Counted from the first letter of the stretch, positions 27,815 to 37,585 are shown. The stretch: 64,000 nucleotides of DNA from Candidatus Jorgensenbacteria bacterium (GCA_011050075.1 DRGK01000012.1:771-64770); one strand, 5' to 3'. Numbers and translations: made by a program. Notes: generated by a model from the sequence alone, not told the origin.

Positions 27815-28600
27815 CGCTTCACTGTCCTCAAGTTTCCCTGATTTTTTCAAAACATCATATGCCGCAATACGTGCGGCGTTTTTTCCGTGCGCCTGATACG
27901 CAAGTAGATTGAATACATGAGCCAACGACTCGCCGTGTATATACAGTTTCTCGAGCACTGCTAGTCGCTCGGAAAGGTTTTGTGTGTTCAATAGGCGACG
28001 CACGGCAGTAAAAAGCTCCTCCGAAACGTCCCAGTGGACAATTGATTGCATATCACGCAGCGAAACCGGTTGTGTAAAGCCCGCAAGACCGGTAATCGCC
28101 ACTACCTGTACTATTCTCCAGCTCCGATCATTGTGTGCCTCCAAGTACGACATAAAAAAACGCAATGCCTCCGGAGAAAGTTTTACACGAAGCTCCTCCA
28201 ACTCTCGCGCAATAAATTGCTGTAGTGATGCGCCGCTCAGTTCTGCAAATTCCTGTGACTTAGCTGGGTCAGTATACAAAAAAGAGAATGCGCGCGACGG
28301 CTTTTTATGATTGGTTGCAAGTACGACAATCCGACTATTGCTTTTCACTACTGATTTTAACGTGCGTATCCACTCTTTCTCAGTTACAGACGCTACCTCC
28401 CGCACCACCGCTACCTTTGCGTCTACAAATAATGCCGGTTGCTTCAAAAAATCACGTACTTCCTGCCACGCATCGGGATGTTCACTAATATCGATGTCGC
28501 AGATGTCTGTCTGTACATGCTTGCTTCGGTACGAATCGAGGAGCTGATTAAGTTTACGGTTCAGACGATACGAGTCCGGACCATATAAAGTCACTATCAT
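27782..28600 (-). CDS. holA: DNA polymerase III delta subunit-like
   Basis: MIVTLYGPDSY, QPALF, terminal DVLKKSG; convergent with rpsT. Confidence 0.75.
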   Translation of the reverse strand: MIVTLYGPDSYRLNRKLNQLLDSYRSKHVQTDICDIDISEHPDAWQEVRDFLKQPALFVDAKVAVVREVASVTEKEWIRTLKSVVKSNSRIVVLATNHKKPSRAFSFLYTDPAKSQEFAELSGASLQQFIARELEELRVKLSPEALRFFMSYLEAHNDRSWRIVQVVAITGLAGFTQPVSLRDMQSIVHWDVSEELFTAVRRLLNTQNLSERLAVLEKLYIHGESLAHVFNLLAYQAHGKNAARIAAYDVLKKSGKLEDSEALLAFTIGALR

Positions 28601-28619
28601 ACTCGCATTGTACCACAAG

Positions 28620-28655
28620 AAAATGCCCCACAGTGTTGTGTGGGGCATCTTTTTT
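28620..28655. terminator. Terminator after the lipoprotein gene
   Basis: ATGCCCCACA-gtgttg-TGTGGGGCAT. Confidence 0.75.
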
Positions 28656-29073
28656 AGCGTAGTCTCAAATCGCTCTTTCCTACATCCCAGTACGTGACGC
28701 GCGAATCCCATCCCGAGTTGTTAAAACTAAATCTCCGGCTCCGCGAGCCAAGGTAAACTCTTTCACTATTCACAATGGAATAGGCGGAGATCACAATAAC
28801 AAGCGTCTGTGACTGGATGAGCGGGTCGGCTGGGATGCGAAAGGATTCTCCTTCAGGCAGGTCTCTTACCACAATAGAGGTGCCAAAATACCCTTCTTTT
28901 TTTATGGTAAGTAAGATATCCGGTATCGTGTTCAACACAACCACCCCCTGACGTGACAGCGGAAGATTGGTTTGCACCTCAACCTTCGGCCAGTTAATAA
29001 TAAGAGGGCGGATGCCAGCACACGCAGAAAGGATAAGAGAGACACCGATGAACAGCAAGGAAAAGTTTTTCAT
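28654..29073 (-). CDS. Putative lipoprotein
   Basis: Signal peptide with lipobox LSAC; SD AAGGA. Confidence 0.7.
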   Translation of the reverse strand: MKNFSLLFIGVSLILSACAGIRPLIINWPKVEVQTNLPLSRQGVVVLNTIPDILLTIKKEGYFGTSIVVRDLPEGESFRIPADPLIQSQTLVIVISAYSIVNSERVYLGSRSRRFSFNNSGWDSRVTYWDVGKSDLRLR

Positions 29074-29117
29074 TTCCTTTCTCCTTCTTTATTTTTATTT
29101 CTTGATGAACTGTGTAT

Positions 29118-29146
29118 ATTATATGATATAAGATTCTATTTGTCAA
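29118..29146 (-). promoter_or_regulatory. Perfect consensus sigma70 promoter
   Basis: TTGACA-17 nt-TATAAT upstream of the lipoprotein gene. Confidence 0.8.
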
Positions 29147-29225
29147 TCCCTCACTCTTATTTAAGAAGGGGGAGGAAGAGACCATTCCTTGCCAATAGCA
29201 CACAATCAGAATACTCTAAAAGAAG

Positions 29226-30914
29226 ATGGTACAGTCAGAACTAGACGAATTCCTTCAAGAACAACGTAAAGCAGCTGAAGAGCGTGCGGCAAGAAAACGT
29301 GCGGAGAAGCTCAGTCTGGACTACCTCGACCTTATTTCGGTTAGCGCGCCAACCGAGATAAAAGCAATGGAACTTATAAAAGAAGAGGACGCTCGCCGCG
29401 GCAAATTGGTGCCGGTTCAGCTCATTAGAAAAAAGCTTATTGTAGCTGTTTTCAACCCATCTTTACCGGAAGCGGTAAAACTCATTAAACAACTTGAAAA
29501 AAACTACACCGTAACAGTCGTTATTGCCACCGAGTCAGGATTACGACACGCATGGAGCTACTACCAATACGTTAAAGAAACACCAAAACACGTCTCCGGA
29601 GCGGTAACTATTGACCCCGAGCGTATACAGCAGATTCAACAAGACATTCAGACACTCAAAAACTTTACCTCGGCTCTGGAAACGTTTAAAAATCCACAAA
29701 TTTCACGAGTACTTGAACTTGTTCTCGGAGGTGCCGTTGCGCTTGGAGCATCGGACATTCACCTTGAACCGGGGAAAGAAGCTAACTTTGTCCGTATCCG
29801 TATTGACGGCATGCTTCACATCGTGTCCGTTAATATGAGCGAGAAGCTTTATCATGCACTCGTCAGCAGAATCAAGCTTCTTTCAAATCTAAAACTCAAT
29901 ATTAAAGATGAAGCACAGGACGGACGATTCACGATCAATCTGCCCAAACGTGATATTGAAATTCGGTCCTCAGTTATTCCTTCCGAGTATGGAGAAACTG
30001 TGGTTATGCGCCTGCTCGATCCAGGCGCACTGGATGTTAGTCTCGAAAAACTCGGGTGGCGCAAAGATGATTTAGAAATAATCAAACAAGAAACAAGCAA
30101 GCCAAATGGGCTCATTTTAAACACCGGTCCCACCGGTTCCGGTAAAACTACCACGCTCTACGCATTTCTTAAACAAGCCAATAAGCCGGAGATAAAAATC
30201 ATTACCGTAGAAGACCCTGTTGAGTACCACCTTGACGGCGTTTCCCAAACACAAGTCGATCCCGACGCCGGGTATACCTTTGCAAGTGGGTTGCGCTCTA
30301 TTTTACGCCAGGACCCTGATATTATTCTCATTGGTGAGATACGAGACAAAGAAACTGCCGGGATTGCTCTCAATGCTTCTCTTACCGGGCACTTGGTATT
30401 TTCAACGCTCCACACGAACGATGCTGTTGGCGCCGTGCCACGCCTCATAGACTTGGGAGCAAAACCGAATATTCTCGGTCCTGCGCTCTCGGTAGTTATC
30501 GCACAGCGTCTTGTGCGCAAGCTCTGTCCCGCTTGTAAAGAAGCAGTTGGTGCAGATACAATAAAAAGAGAGGTGATTGATGCGTTTTTAAATAGTTTAC
30601 CAAAACGTGTTGACCGTGCGCCGTATAAAAACCCGACCATCTACAAGTCTGTTGGGTGTACGGAATGTAACAATATCGGGTACAAGGGACGCACTTCCAT
30701 CTTTGAGCTCTTTGTTATTTCCGAACCAATCGAACAGGCGATTTATAAAAGCCCCACAGAACTGGAACTCAAAGAACTGGCACGTACACAGGGAATGGTA
30801 ACCATGCAAGAAGATGGAGTACTGAAGATATTTCAGGGTATCACCGACATTGCTGAAGTTGAGCGGCTTACCGGTTCCATTGTATGGACTCAAACAAAAA
30901 ACACCTCAATATAG
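29226..30914 (+). CDS. pilB: Type IV pilus/T2SS assembly ATPase (PilB/GspE)
   Basis: ASDIHLEP, QDGRF, GPTGSGKTTT, EDPVEY, LRQDPD, GHLVFSTLHTND, CxxC...CxxC. Confidence 0.93.
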   Translation: MVQSELDEFLQEQRKAAEERAARKRAEKLSLDYLDLISVSAPTEIKAMELIKEEDARRGKLVPVQLIRKKLIVAVFNPSLPEAVKLIKQLEKNYTVTVVIATESGLRHAWSYYQYVKETPKHVSGAVTIDPERIQQIQQDIQTLKNFTSALETFKNPQISRVLELVLGGAVALGASDIHLEPGKEANFVRIRIDGMLHIVSVNMSEKLYHALVSRIKLLSNLKLNIKDEAQDGRFTINLPKRDIEIRSSVIPSEYGETVVMRLLDPGALDVSLEKLGWRKDDLEIIKQETSKPNGLILNTGPTGSGKTTTLYAFLKQANKPEIKIITVEDPVEYHLDGVSQTQVDPDAGYTFASGLRSILRQDPDIILIGEIRDKETAGIALNASLTGHLVFSTLHTNDAVGAVPRLIDLGAKPNILGPALSVVIAQRLVRKLCPACKEAVGADTIKREVIDAFLNSLPKRVDRAPYKNPTIYKSVGCTECNNIGYKGRTSIFELFVISEPIEQAIYKSPTELELKELARTQGMVTMQEDGVLKIFQGITDIAEVERLTGSIVWTQTKNTSI

Positions 30915-31048
30915 GCCTGTGGGCGAAAGGGAAACTTTTTGGGATACAAAAAGGTAGGAATTCTCCCGAGGTGTTGCTCAGCCAGAGCCAAACAATCCTA
31001 GGTCTGAGAAGAGTTCCTGTTCGCCCACAGGCCTCTACTGAGATGTTC
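30897..31048 (-). ncRNA. Candidate structured rod-shaped ncRNA (6S RNA-like)
   Basis: About 27-bp closing stem, internal bubble, apical stems and a 3' U-tract; starts 7 nt after a TTGACA-17-TAAATT promoter. Confidence 0.6.
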
Positions 31049-31055
31049 AACGCTT

Positions 31056-31084
31056 AATTTAACATAAAAACATTCACTTGTCAA
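31056..31084 (-). promoter_or_regulatory. Sigma70 promoter of the candidate ncRNA
   Basis: TTGACA-17 nt-TAAATT with extended TG. Confidence 0.65.
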
Positions 31085-31088
31085 TATA

Positions 31089-32072
31089 ATGGAAGACTCA
31101 ACTCTAGAACTTACTCTACGTCCAAACAACTGGGAAGAATACGTTGGGCAAGAACAGGTCAAGCGCAGTCTACGCCTGATTATTGATGCTGCAAAACAGC
31201 GCGGTGAGTCTTGTGACCACCTTCTCTTTCACGGACAGGCTGGGTTGGGCAAAACCACGATTGCATATATTGTCGCACGAACAATGGGCGCACATATTAA
31301 AACAACATCAGGTCCGGCTTTGGAAAAAACAGGTGATATTGCAGCAATTCTTACAAACATAGAACCCCACGAAATTCTCTTTATTGACGAGATTCACCGC
31401 CTCTCCAAGCCGGTTGAAGAGGTTCTCTATCCCGCGCTTGACAGTAGAAAACTACACCTCATCGTAGGCAAGGGGCCCTCAGCGCGAACACTCTCAATTG
31501 ACCTTCCTCCCTTCACCGTCATCGGAGCTACCACACGCGCAAGTTTACTGTCCTCACCCTTACGTTCCAGGTTTGGTGGAATTTTTAAGTTGGACTATTA
31601 TAAAAAAGAGGATATTGAGAAAATCATCAAACGCTCTGCTAAGTTGCTCACTATTGATATCACTCAGGGTGCCGTTTCCAGAATTGCAGAAGCGTCTCGT
31701 TTTACTCCTCGCGTTGCCAACCGATTACTCAAGCGGTGCCGTGATTGGGCACAGGTATATAAAAAACCGCGCATAGATGAGAACGTAGCTGCCGAGACAC
31801 TTACTGTGCTCACTATTGATAATTTAGGACTCGAAGAAACTGACAGACATCTTCTGGAGACGGTTATTACCAAATTTGGTGGAGGTCCGGTTGGTATTAG
31901 GTCTCTTGCCGCGGCACTCAACGAAGAGGTAGGTACGATTGAAGAAGTATATGAGCCCTACCTTCTCCGCACCGGACTTCTTCAACGTACGCCGGGTGGA
32001 CGCGTTGCCACATCACTTACGTACAAACATCTACAACATAAGGAGCCGCGTAATCGTAGCTCATTTCTATAA
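31089..32072 (+). CDS. ruvB: Holliday junction DNA helicase RuvB
   Basis: LRP...YVGQ, GLGKTT, TSGP, FIDEIHRL, EEVLYPA, GGPVG, EPYL. Confidence 0.97.
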   Translation: MEDSTLELTLRPNNWEEYVGQEQVKRSLRLIIDAAKQRGESCDHLLFHGQAGLGKTTIAYIVARTMGAHIKTTSGPALEKTGDIAAILTNIEPHEILFIDEIHRLSKPVEEVLYPALDSRKLHLIVGKGPSARTLSIDLPPFTVIGATTRASLLSSPLRSRFGGIFKLDYYKKEDIEKIIKRSAKLLTIDITQGAVSRIAEASRFTPRVANRLLKRCRDWAQVYKKPRIDENVAAETLTVLTIDNLGLEETDRHLLETVITKFGGGPVGIRSLAAALNEEVGTIEEVYEPYLLRTGLLQRTPGGRVATSLTYKHLQHKEPRNRSSFL

Positions 32073-32089
32073 CGCGGTTGAGTGTTACG

Positions 32090-32545
32090 ATGAAACTCAC
32101 TACACACTCAGAAAAAGAAACGCGCGATGCTGCACACAAGCTTGCAGCAGTCATTATACAAGCAAAACCACGCAAACATGCATTGGTTTTTGGTCTTACC
32201 GGAGAACTTGGCGCCGGTAAGACTTTATTTATAAAAGCGCTCGCCAAATCACTTGGTGTGTCAGAGCGTGTTTCAAGTCCTTCGTTTTTGATATTTCGTA
32301 CATACAAAATCAACCTTCCACAGTTCCAAAAACTACACCACGTAGACGCCTACCGACTTAAAGACCCTAAAGATATTGTTTCTCTTGGGTTCGATACAAT
32401 GATCGGTGATTCACACAGTATTATGGTAATTGAGTGGGCAGAAAAAATAAAAACACTCCTCACGAAAAATACGCACTGGATAATCTTCCACCACAGCGAC
32501 AAACCAACCGAACGCACTATAGAGGGTTTACCAATAACGTTATAG
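32090..32545 (+). CDS. tsaE: tRNA t6A biosynthesis ATPase TsaE
   Basis: GELGAGKT, VSSPSF, HVDAYRL, VIEWAE. Confidence 0.95.
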   Translation: MKLTTHSEKETRDAAHKLAAVIIQAKPRKHALVFGLTGELGAGKTLFIKALAKSLGVSERVSSPSFLIFRTYKINLPQFQKLHHVDAYRLKDPKDIVSLGFDTMIGDSHSIMVIEWAEKIKTLLTKNTHWIIFHHSDKPTERTIEGLPITL

Positions 32546-32546
32546 T

Positions 32547-34964
32547 ATGACAACACGAACAAAAAAATTGCTCATCATAGATGCAAACGCGCTCGTACAC
32601 AGAACTTTTCATGCACTGCCACCACTCTCCACACAGGACGGAAGACCGGTAGGCGCCCTCTATGGCTTAGCAAATGTTCTCATAAAAGTTCTTAAACAAG
32701 AACACCCTGATTATGTGATTGCGGCATTTGATACTCCAGAACCAACGTTCCGTAAGAAGATGTTTACAGATTACAAAGCGCACCGACCAAAAGCTCCCGA
32801 TGAGCTCGTTTCACAACTCATTGAATCACGTGTCCTGTTCAAAAAAATTGGCATTATCACCATAGAACAGCCTGGTTTTGAAGCAGATGACCTTATTGGT
32901 TCGCTTGTGGAACGTTTTGGTTCAACAAAAAACCTACAAATTACTATTCTAACCGGTGACTTAGACGCGCTGCAGTTGGTAAGCGGAGACGACATCACCG
33001 TGCTCACTTTCAAAAAAGGCGTGTCACAAACCATCACATACGACGAACGACAGGTTGTAGAACGGTACGGCATTAAACCGGAGCAATTAGTGGACTACAA
33101 GGGTCTTGTGGGCGATCCATCAGATAATATTCCCGGTGTTCCGGGCATCGGCCCTAAAACGGCTACACAACTACTTAAAGAATATCATTCTATTGAAAAA
33201 ACTTACGCAAACATAAAAAAAATTAAAAGCGCGGCAACCGTAAAAAAACTTACGGAGCACAAGGAGCAGGCCCTCCTCTCAAAGCAACTTGCTATTATTC
33301 GCCGAGACATTCCGTGTAACGTATCTCTCATTGACATCTCATACACACCTTCTTACCGCGCGCTCATTCCATACCTTAAGAAGTTGGAATTCTTTTCGCT
33401 TATTGGGCGCCTCACGAGCACAAACTACAAAAATTTTAAACCAAAGAAAGCCGTTATGGTGGTAGGTAAAACTGTTACCAAAAAAATATTGCGGTCGGCG
33501 GAAATAAAGGTGGCTTTTCAGTGGAAGCCGATTTTAAAACAACTCAAGCAGATACATGATATTGCAACCGACTCCCTGTTTGATACTGCTATTGCTGGGT
33601 GGCTTCTGGACCCTGATAAAAAAATAACTGAACCTGAGTTGTTTGCACGACGGTGGCTCGGTAGGGTTCCAAAGAAAAAAGTGGAATTTCTCAGTGAATT
33701 ATATAACATTCTCACGTATGCCTTGCATAAAGAGCGGCTCGAAAATATATTTTGGAACATTGAAATGCCTATTATTCCCGTGCTCGCAGACATGGAGCAG
33801 TATGGAATTACTATAAACACTCCCGCTTTAAAAAAGTTGCGGCTTCAGGCTACAAAAAAGTTGGAGTCAGTTGCTAAAAAAATACACTCCCTAACTAACG
33901 TATCATTCAATATAAGCTCGCCAAAACAGGTAGGTGAGGTTCTTTTTGAAACACTTGGAGTTCCATACACACACTCAAAAACACCATCAGGTCAGTACCG
34001 CACATCAGAGGAGATTCTTGCCGATGTTGCTACCACACACCCCGTAGTACCCCTCATCACAGAGCACCGTGAGCTTTCTAAGCTTTTATCAACATATATA
34101 GAACCTGTTTTAGAAAAGACAGACACGACGGGACGCGTCCACACATCTTTCTTACAAACCTCAACAGCAACCGGGCGATTGTCTTCAGAAAATCCTAATC
34201 TTCAGAATATTCCCAAAACGTCCAAGTGGGCAAAACCACTTCGGGCCTGTTTTATTGCAATGCGCGGCTATCACTTCGTGTCATTTGATTATTCACAAAT
34301 AGAACTTCGTATTCTTGCGCACGTGACGAAAGATCCAAATCTCACACAGATCTTTCATGAAAACAAGGATATTCACACATTAACCGCTGCCCGCGTACTC
34401 GGCATACCTTTGCGTAATGTTGGTGAAAAAGAGCGGGCGCTCGCTAAAACACTTAATTTCGGTGTTATATACGGCATGGGAGCCCGTGCCTTCAGTAAAA
34501 CAAGCGGGCTAACTCTTGATAAATCAAAGCAGTTTATAGAAAAATACTTTGACGACTTCCCTTCTGTGCACGAATGGCAAGAACACACCATACAGGAAGC
34601 TCTTTCAAGCGGATACGTTACCAACATCAACGGAAGAAAGCGGTGGTTTACGCGCATGCCGCCTCATATGATAAAACGTGCAGCTATTAATATGCCTATT
34701 CAAAGTCTGGGAGCTGATATTATGAAACTCAGCATGCGAGGAGTATATGACCTACTCCATGCTCAGAACTGGCACAACACCGTACATATGGTTCTAACTA
34801 TTCACGACGAATTGCTCCTAGAAGTGGCCGATGATATGCTAAACATAGTTGTCCCCCAAATACAAAACACTATGGAAAATATATATCAACTATCTGCTCC
34901 GCTTCGGGTAGAAGTTACGCATGGAGCAACCTGGAGCACTATGCAGCCTTTTTCTCATTTATGA
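32547..34964 (+). CDS. polA: DNA polymerase I
   Basis: 5'-3' exonuclease (EADD, GDPSDNIPGV); polymerase motifs TGRLSS-PNLQNIP, DYSQIELR, KTLNFGVIYG, HDE. Confidence 0.97.
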   Translation: MTTRTKKLLIIDANALVHRTFHALPPLSTQDGRPVGALYGLANVLIKVLKQEHPDYVIAAFDTPEPTFRKKMFTDYKAHRPKAPDELVSQLIESRVLFKKIGIITIEQPGFEADDLIGSLVERFGSTKNLQITILTGDLDALQLVSGDDITVLTFKKGVSQTITYDERQVVERYGIKPEQLVDYKGLVGDPSDNIPGVPGIGPKTATQLLKEYHSIEKTYANIKKIKSAATVKKLTEHKEQALLSKQLAIIRRDIPCNVSLIDISYTPSYRALIPYLKKLEFFSLIGRLTSTNYKNFKPKKAVMVVGKTVTKKILRSAEIKVAFQWKPILKQLKQIHDIATDSLFDTAIAGWLLDPDKKITEPELFARRWLGRVPKKKVEFLSELYNILTYALHKERLENIFWNIEMPIIPVLADMEQYGITINTPALKKLRLQATKKLESVAKKIHSLTNVSFNISSPKQVGEVLFETLGVPYTHSKTPSGQYRTSEEILADVATTHPVVPLITEHRELSKLLSTYIEPVLEKTDTTGRVHTSFLQTSTATGRLSSENPNLQNIPKTSKWAKPLRACFIAMRGYHFVSFDYSQIELRILAHVTKDPNLTQIFHENKDIHTLTAARVLGIPLRNVGEKERALAKTLNFGVIYGMGARAFSKTSGLTLDKSKQFIEKYFDDFPSVHEWQEHTIQEALSSGYVTNINGRKRWFTRMPPHMIKRAAINMPIQSLGADIMKLSMRGVYDLLHAQNWHNTVHMVLTIHDELLLEVADDMLNIVVPQIQNTMENIYQLSAPLRVEVTHGATWSTMQPFSHL

Positions 34965-36301
34965 TCACCATTCAATCACTTTTTGCTTCAATCCAGGAAC
35001 TACGACACACTCCGTATGCGCTTCCCTTGGTTGTTTTATTTACTACTACCATATTGCTCATCATTGCGGCTTTTCTGTTTGCTCCCCTATATTTTGCTCT
35101 CATATTCACCGTCGTATTTGTTGGTATGGGCGTGGGCGCTATACAAGCATATGCACGGCTCGCGAAAATCGAAATAGAAACACGGCTCGGAGCACAACAG
35201 CTAAAAGCAGTAACTCAAGACATGTATGAAGGGGTAGTTGTGTACACACCCCAGTTTAAAATAATAAATATAAACCCTGCGGCAGAAAAAATACTTAATA
35301 TTACAAAGAAAGATGTTTTAGGAAAAACCATCACCCCACAGTCTGCACAACAAGAAAAATTGAGCCTTTTTACACAAGTCATTTATCCTTCGCTCACGCC
35401 AACTATAAACAATATTTCCGAGAGCGGGTGGCCACAAGTAATAGAAATTGGCACACAAGCGCCTGAACGACGGTTGCGCCTCACACTCAACCAACTCCTT
35501 GATGGTAAGCGAGTTACGGGTTTTGTAAAAATAATTCAAGACAAGACGTACGAACAACAACTTGAAGAGTCTAAAACTGAATTTATTACTAATTCCGCAC
35601 ACCAGCTTCGCACACCTCTCACGGGCATTAATTGGGCATTCGAGTCCCTGCGCTCTGCTCTAAAAGAAAATAAAGAGTTATCCGACACAGCAGAGCAGGG
35701 CTACATGCTTGCACAGCGAGGGTTAAGAATTATTAATGAAATGTTGGACGTCGCACAGATAGAGGGGGGAACTATCACATACAGCGCGGACCGCATTGAT
35801 ATTAACGAGTTGGTTTCTGAGGTGCTACAAGAGGCCCGTCCAGTTGCTCAAAGTTATAACATAACCATACACTCCTCTCTATCAACCGAGCATATGTATA
35901 TGAATGGAGACAAGGAACGTTTACGAGCAGCTCTCATCACGCTTATTGATAATGCCATAAAATACAACAACGAAGATGGGTCTGTAACTATTACTACATC
36001 AAAACAAGAAAGTTTGGGGAATATTATAATACAGGACACGGGCGTTGGTATTCCTAAAACAGAACAGAAACACTTATTTGAAAAATTTTATAGAGGAAAA
36101 CACGCAAAGCAAATTGATCCTAATGGAAGCGGATTGGGTTTGTTCATTGTTAAAAATATTATTGAACGACACAAAGGAAAGGTTTGGGCAGAATCAACTC
36201 TCGGGCGTGGGAGCACCTTCTATTTGTCGCTTCCCCTCGCTGCATCCAGTAATCCGCCCTTAAAATCTTCTCGTCCCACTGGAACGAGGCAAGAGGTCTA
36301 A
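34961..36301 (+). CDS. PAS-domain sensor histidine kinase
   Basis: 2 TM, PAS (INPAAE), H-box HQLRTPL, N-box DNAIKY, DTGVGI, GSGLGL. Confidence 0.93.
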   Translation: MITIQSLFASIQELRHTPYALPLVVLFTTTILLIIAAFLFAPLYFALIFTVVFVGMGVGAIQAYARLAKIEIETRLGAQQLKAVTQDMYEGVVVYTPQFKIININPAAEKILNITKKDVLGKTITPQSAQQEKLSLFTQVIYPSLTPTINNISESGWPQVIEIGTQAPERRLRLTLNQLLDGKRVTGFVKIIQDKTYEQQLEESKTEFITNSAHQLRTPLTGINWAFESLRSALKENKELSDTAEQGYMLAQRGLRIINEMLDVAQIEGGTITYSADRIDINELVSEVLQEARPVAQSYNITIHSSLSTEHMYMNGDKERLRAALITLIDNAIKYNNEDGSVTITTSKQESLGNIIIQDTGVGIPKTEQKHLFEKFYRGKHAKQIDPNGSGLGLFIVKNIIERHKGKVWAESTLGRGSTFYLSLPLAASSNPPLKSSRPTGTRQEV

Positions 36302-36307
36302 AGTTAT

Positions 36308-36838
36308 ATGTCAGGGCATTCTAAGTGGAAGCAGATAAAACACAAAAAAGGCTTAGTTGATAAAAAGCGTAGTCAACTATTCTCAAAACTACTCAGCGCA
36401 GTTAGTACAGCCGCGCAAAAAGAACAAAATCCTAAGCTCAACCCCGAGCTTAAAACGGCTATTGAGCGGGCGCGTGAAGCAAATGTTCCGTTAGAGAATA
36501 TCAAGCGAGCGCTCAGTCGAGCAAGTTCGTCCGGCGATCTTGAGGAGTTTGTTGCAGAAGCGTACGGTCCTGGCGGCATAGCAATTCTCATCATTGCAGA
36601 AACGAGCAGTAAAAACAGGACGGCACAAGAAATTAAACTGCTCTTAAAAAATTTGGGCGGTAAGTGGGCTGATCCAGGTAGTGTTCGCTGGACTTTTGAA
36701 CAAAAAGGAGGTGCTTGGGAACCAAAGTTCCCACAAGAATTTCCCCTGGACGACCTTATTAAGCTCAATATATTAATTACCGCACTTGAGAAACTCTCTG
36801 CTGTCGTGGTCGTGTACACAAACATTATTCATACATAA
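36308..36838 (+). CDS. yebC: YebC/PmpR-family protein (short form)
   Basis: MSGHSKWKQIKHKK, EAYGPGG, GSVRW. Confidence 0.92.
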   Translation: MSGHSKWKQIKHKKGLVDKKRSQLFSKLLSAVSTAAQKEQNPKLNPELKTAIERAREANVPLENIKRALSRASSSGDLEEFVAEAYGPGGIAILIIAETSSKNRTAQEIKLLLKNLGGKWADPGSVRWTFEQKGGAWEPKFPQEFPLDDLIKLNILITALEKLSAVVVVYTNIIHT

Positions 36839-36852
36839 CTACAGATTACTAT

Positions 36853-37326
36853 ATGGTTATCCTCGGCATTGATCCTGGTACCACACGCATCGGGTACGGG
36901 GTTATTATTAAAAAAAATTCCCAATTATTCTATCAAACCAACGGTGTTATTGAAACGCGCGGAACTCATTTGGAGAAACTTATATCACTCTCAAGTCAGT
37001 TATCAGACCTCATTACTAAAGTAAAACCTGAACTTGTTGGGATAGAAACCATACTTTTCTCTGTTAATAAAAAAACAGCGATCTCTGTAGCACAGGCACG
37101 GGGGGTTATTTTACATACAGTAGCAGTGCGCGGTATCCCTATTACCGAACCATCTCCTTCAGAAGTGAAGCTTGCGGTAACAGGAAATGGAAACGCAACA
37201 AAAGAAGCGGTGGCAAAAATGGTACATCACTTTCTTAACGACTCAAGCCCCCTTCTTAGTACTATTGATGATGCTATGGACGCGCTCGCAATTGCTATTA
37301 CTATAAGCAATAAGAAACCCTCATAA
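36853..37326 (+). CDS. ruvC: Crossover junction endodeoxyribonuclease
   Basis: ILGIDPG, VAQARG, VTGNGNATK, DDAMDALA. Confidence 0.96.
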   Translation: MVILGIDPGTTRIGYGVIIKKNSQLFYQTNGVIETRGTHLEKLISLSSQLSDLITKVKPELVGIETILFSVNKKTAISVAQARGVILHTVAVRGIPITEPSPSEVKLAVTGNGNATKEAVAKMVHHFLNDSSPLLSTIDDAMDALAIAITISNKKPS

Positions 37327-37330
37327 AGTC

Positions 37331-37358
37331 TTGACTTTGTTGTGCTTTTACCTATACT
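37331..37358 (+). promoter_or_regulatory. Sigma70 promoter of the acidic microprotein
   Basis: TTGACT-16 nt-TATACT. Confidence 0.6.
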
Positions 37359-37417
37359 ACCCTCACCCTACTCAACATGAGGGCTAAAGGTCGCCCGATT
37401 AAGATTATTTGTTACTT

Positions 37418-37585
37418 ATGACAACCAATCTAAAAGAGGTGGTTTTACTCACCGAAGAAGAGGATGTAGACACAAACGAAGAGACAGAGGATGAGGCGGA
37501 GGCTACAGAAAATGAAGAAGAGGACAGCGATGATAAGACAGGAGACAGCTCTGACACAGAGGGTGGTGAAAGCGAAGAAATATAA
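37418..37585 (+). CDS. Highly acidic 55-aa microprotein (not in ORF track)
   Basis: MTTNLKEVVLLTEEEDVDTNEETEDEAEATENEEEDSDDKTGDSSDTEGGESEEI; flanked by a promoter and a terminator. Confidence 0.7.
   Translation: MTTNLKEVVLLTEEEDVDTNEETEDEAEATENEEEDSDDKTGDSSDTEGGESEEI

Noticed and set aside
30897-31048. SRP RNA or simple pilB terminator
   Set aside because: No SRP domain IV GNRA/CAGG-AGCA motif was recognised. The structure is far longer than a terminator and has its own promoter.
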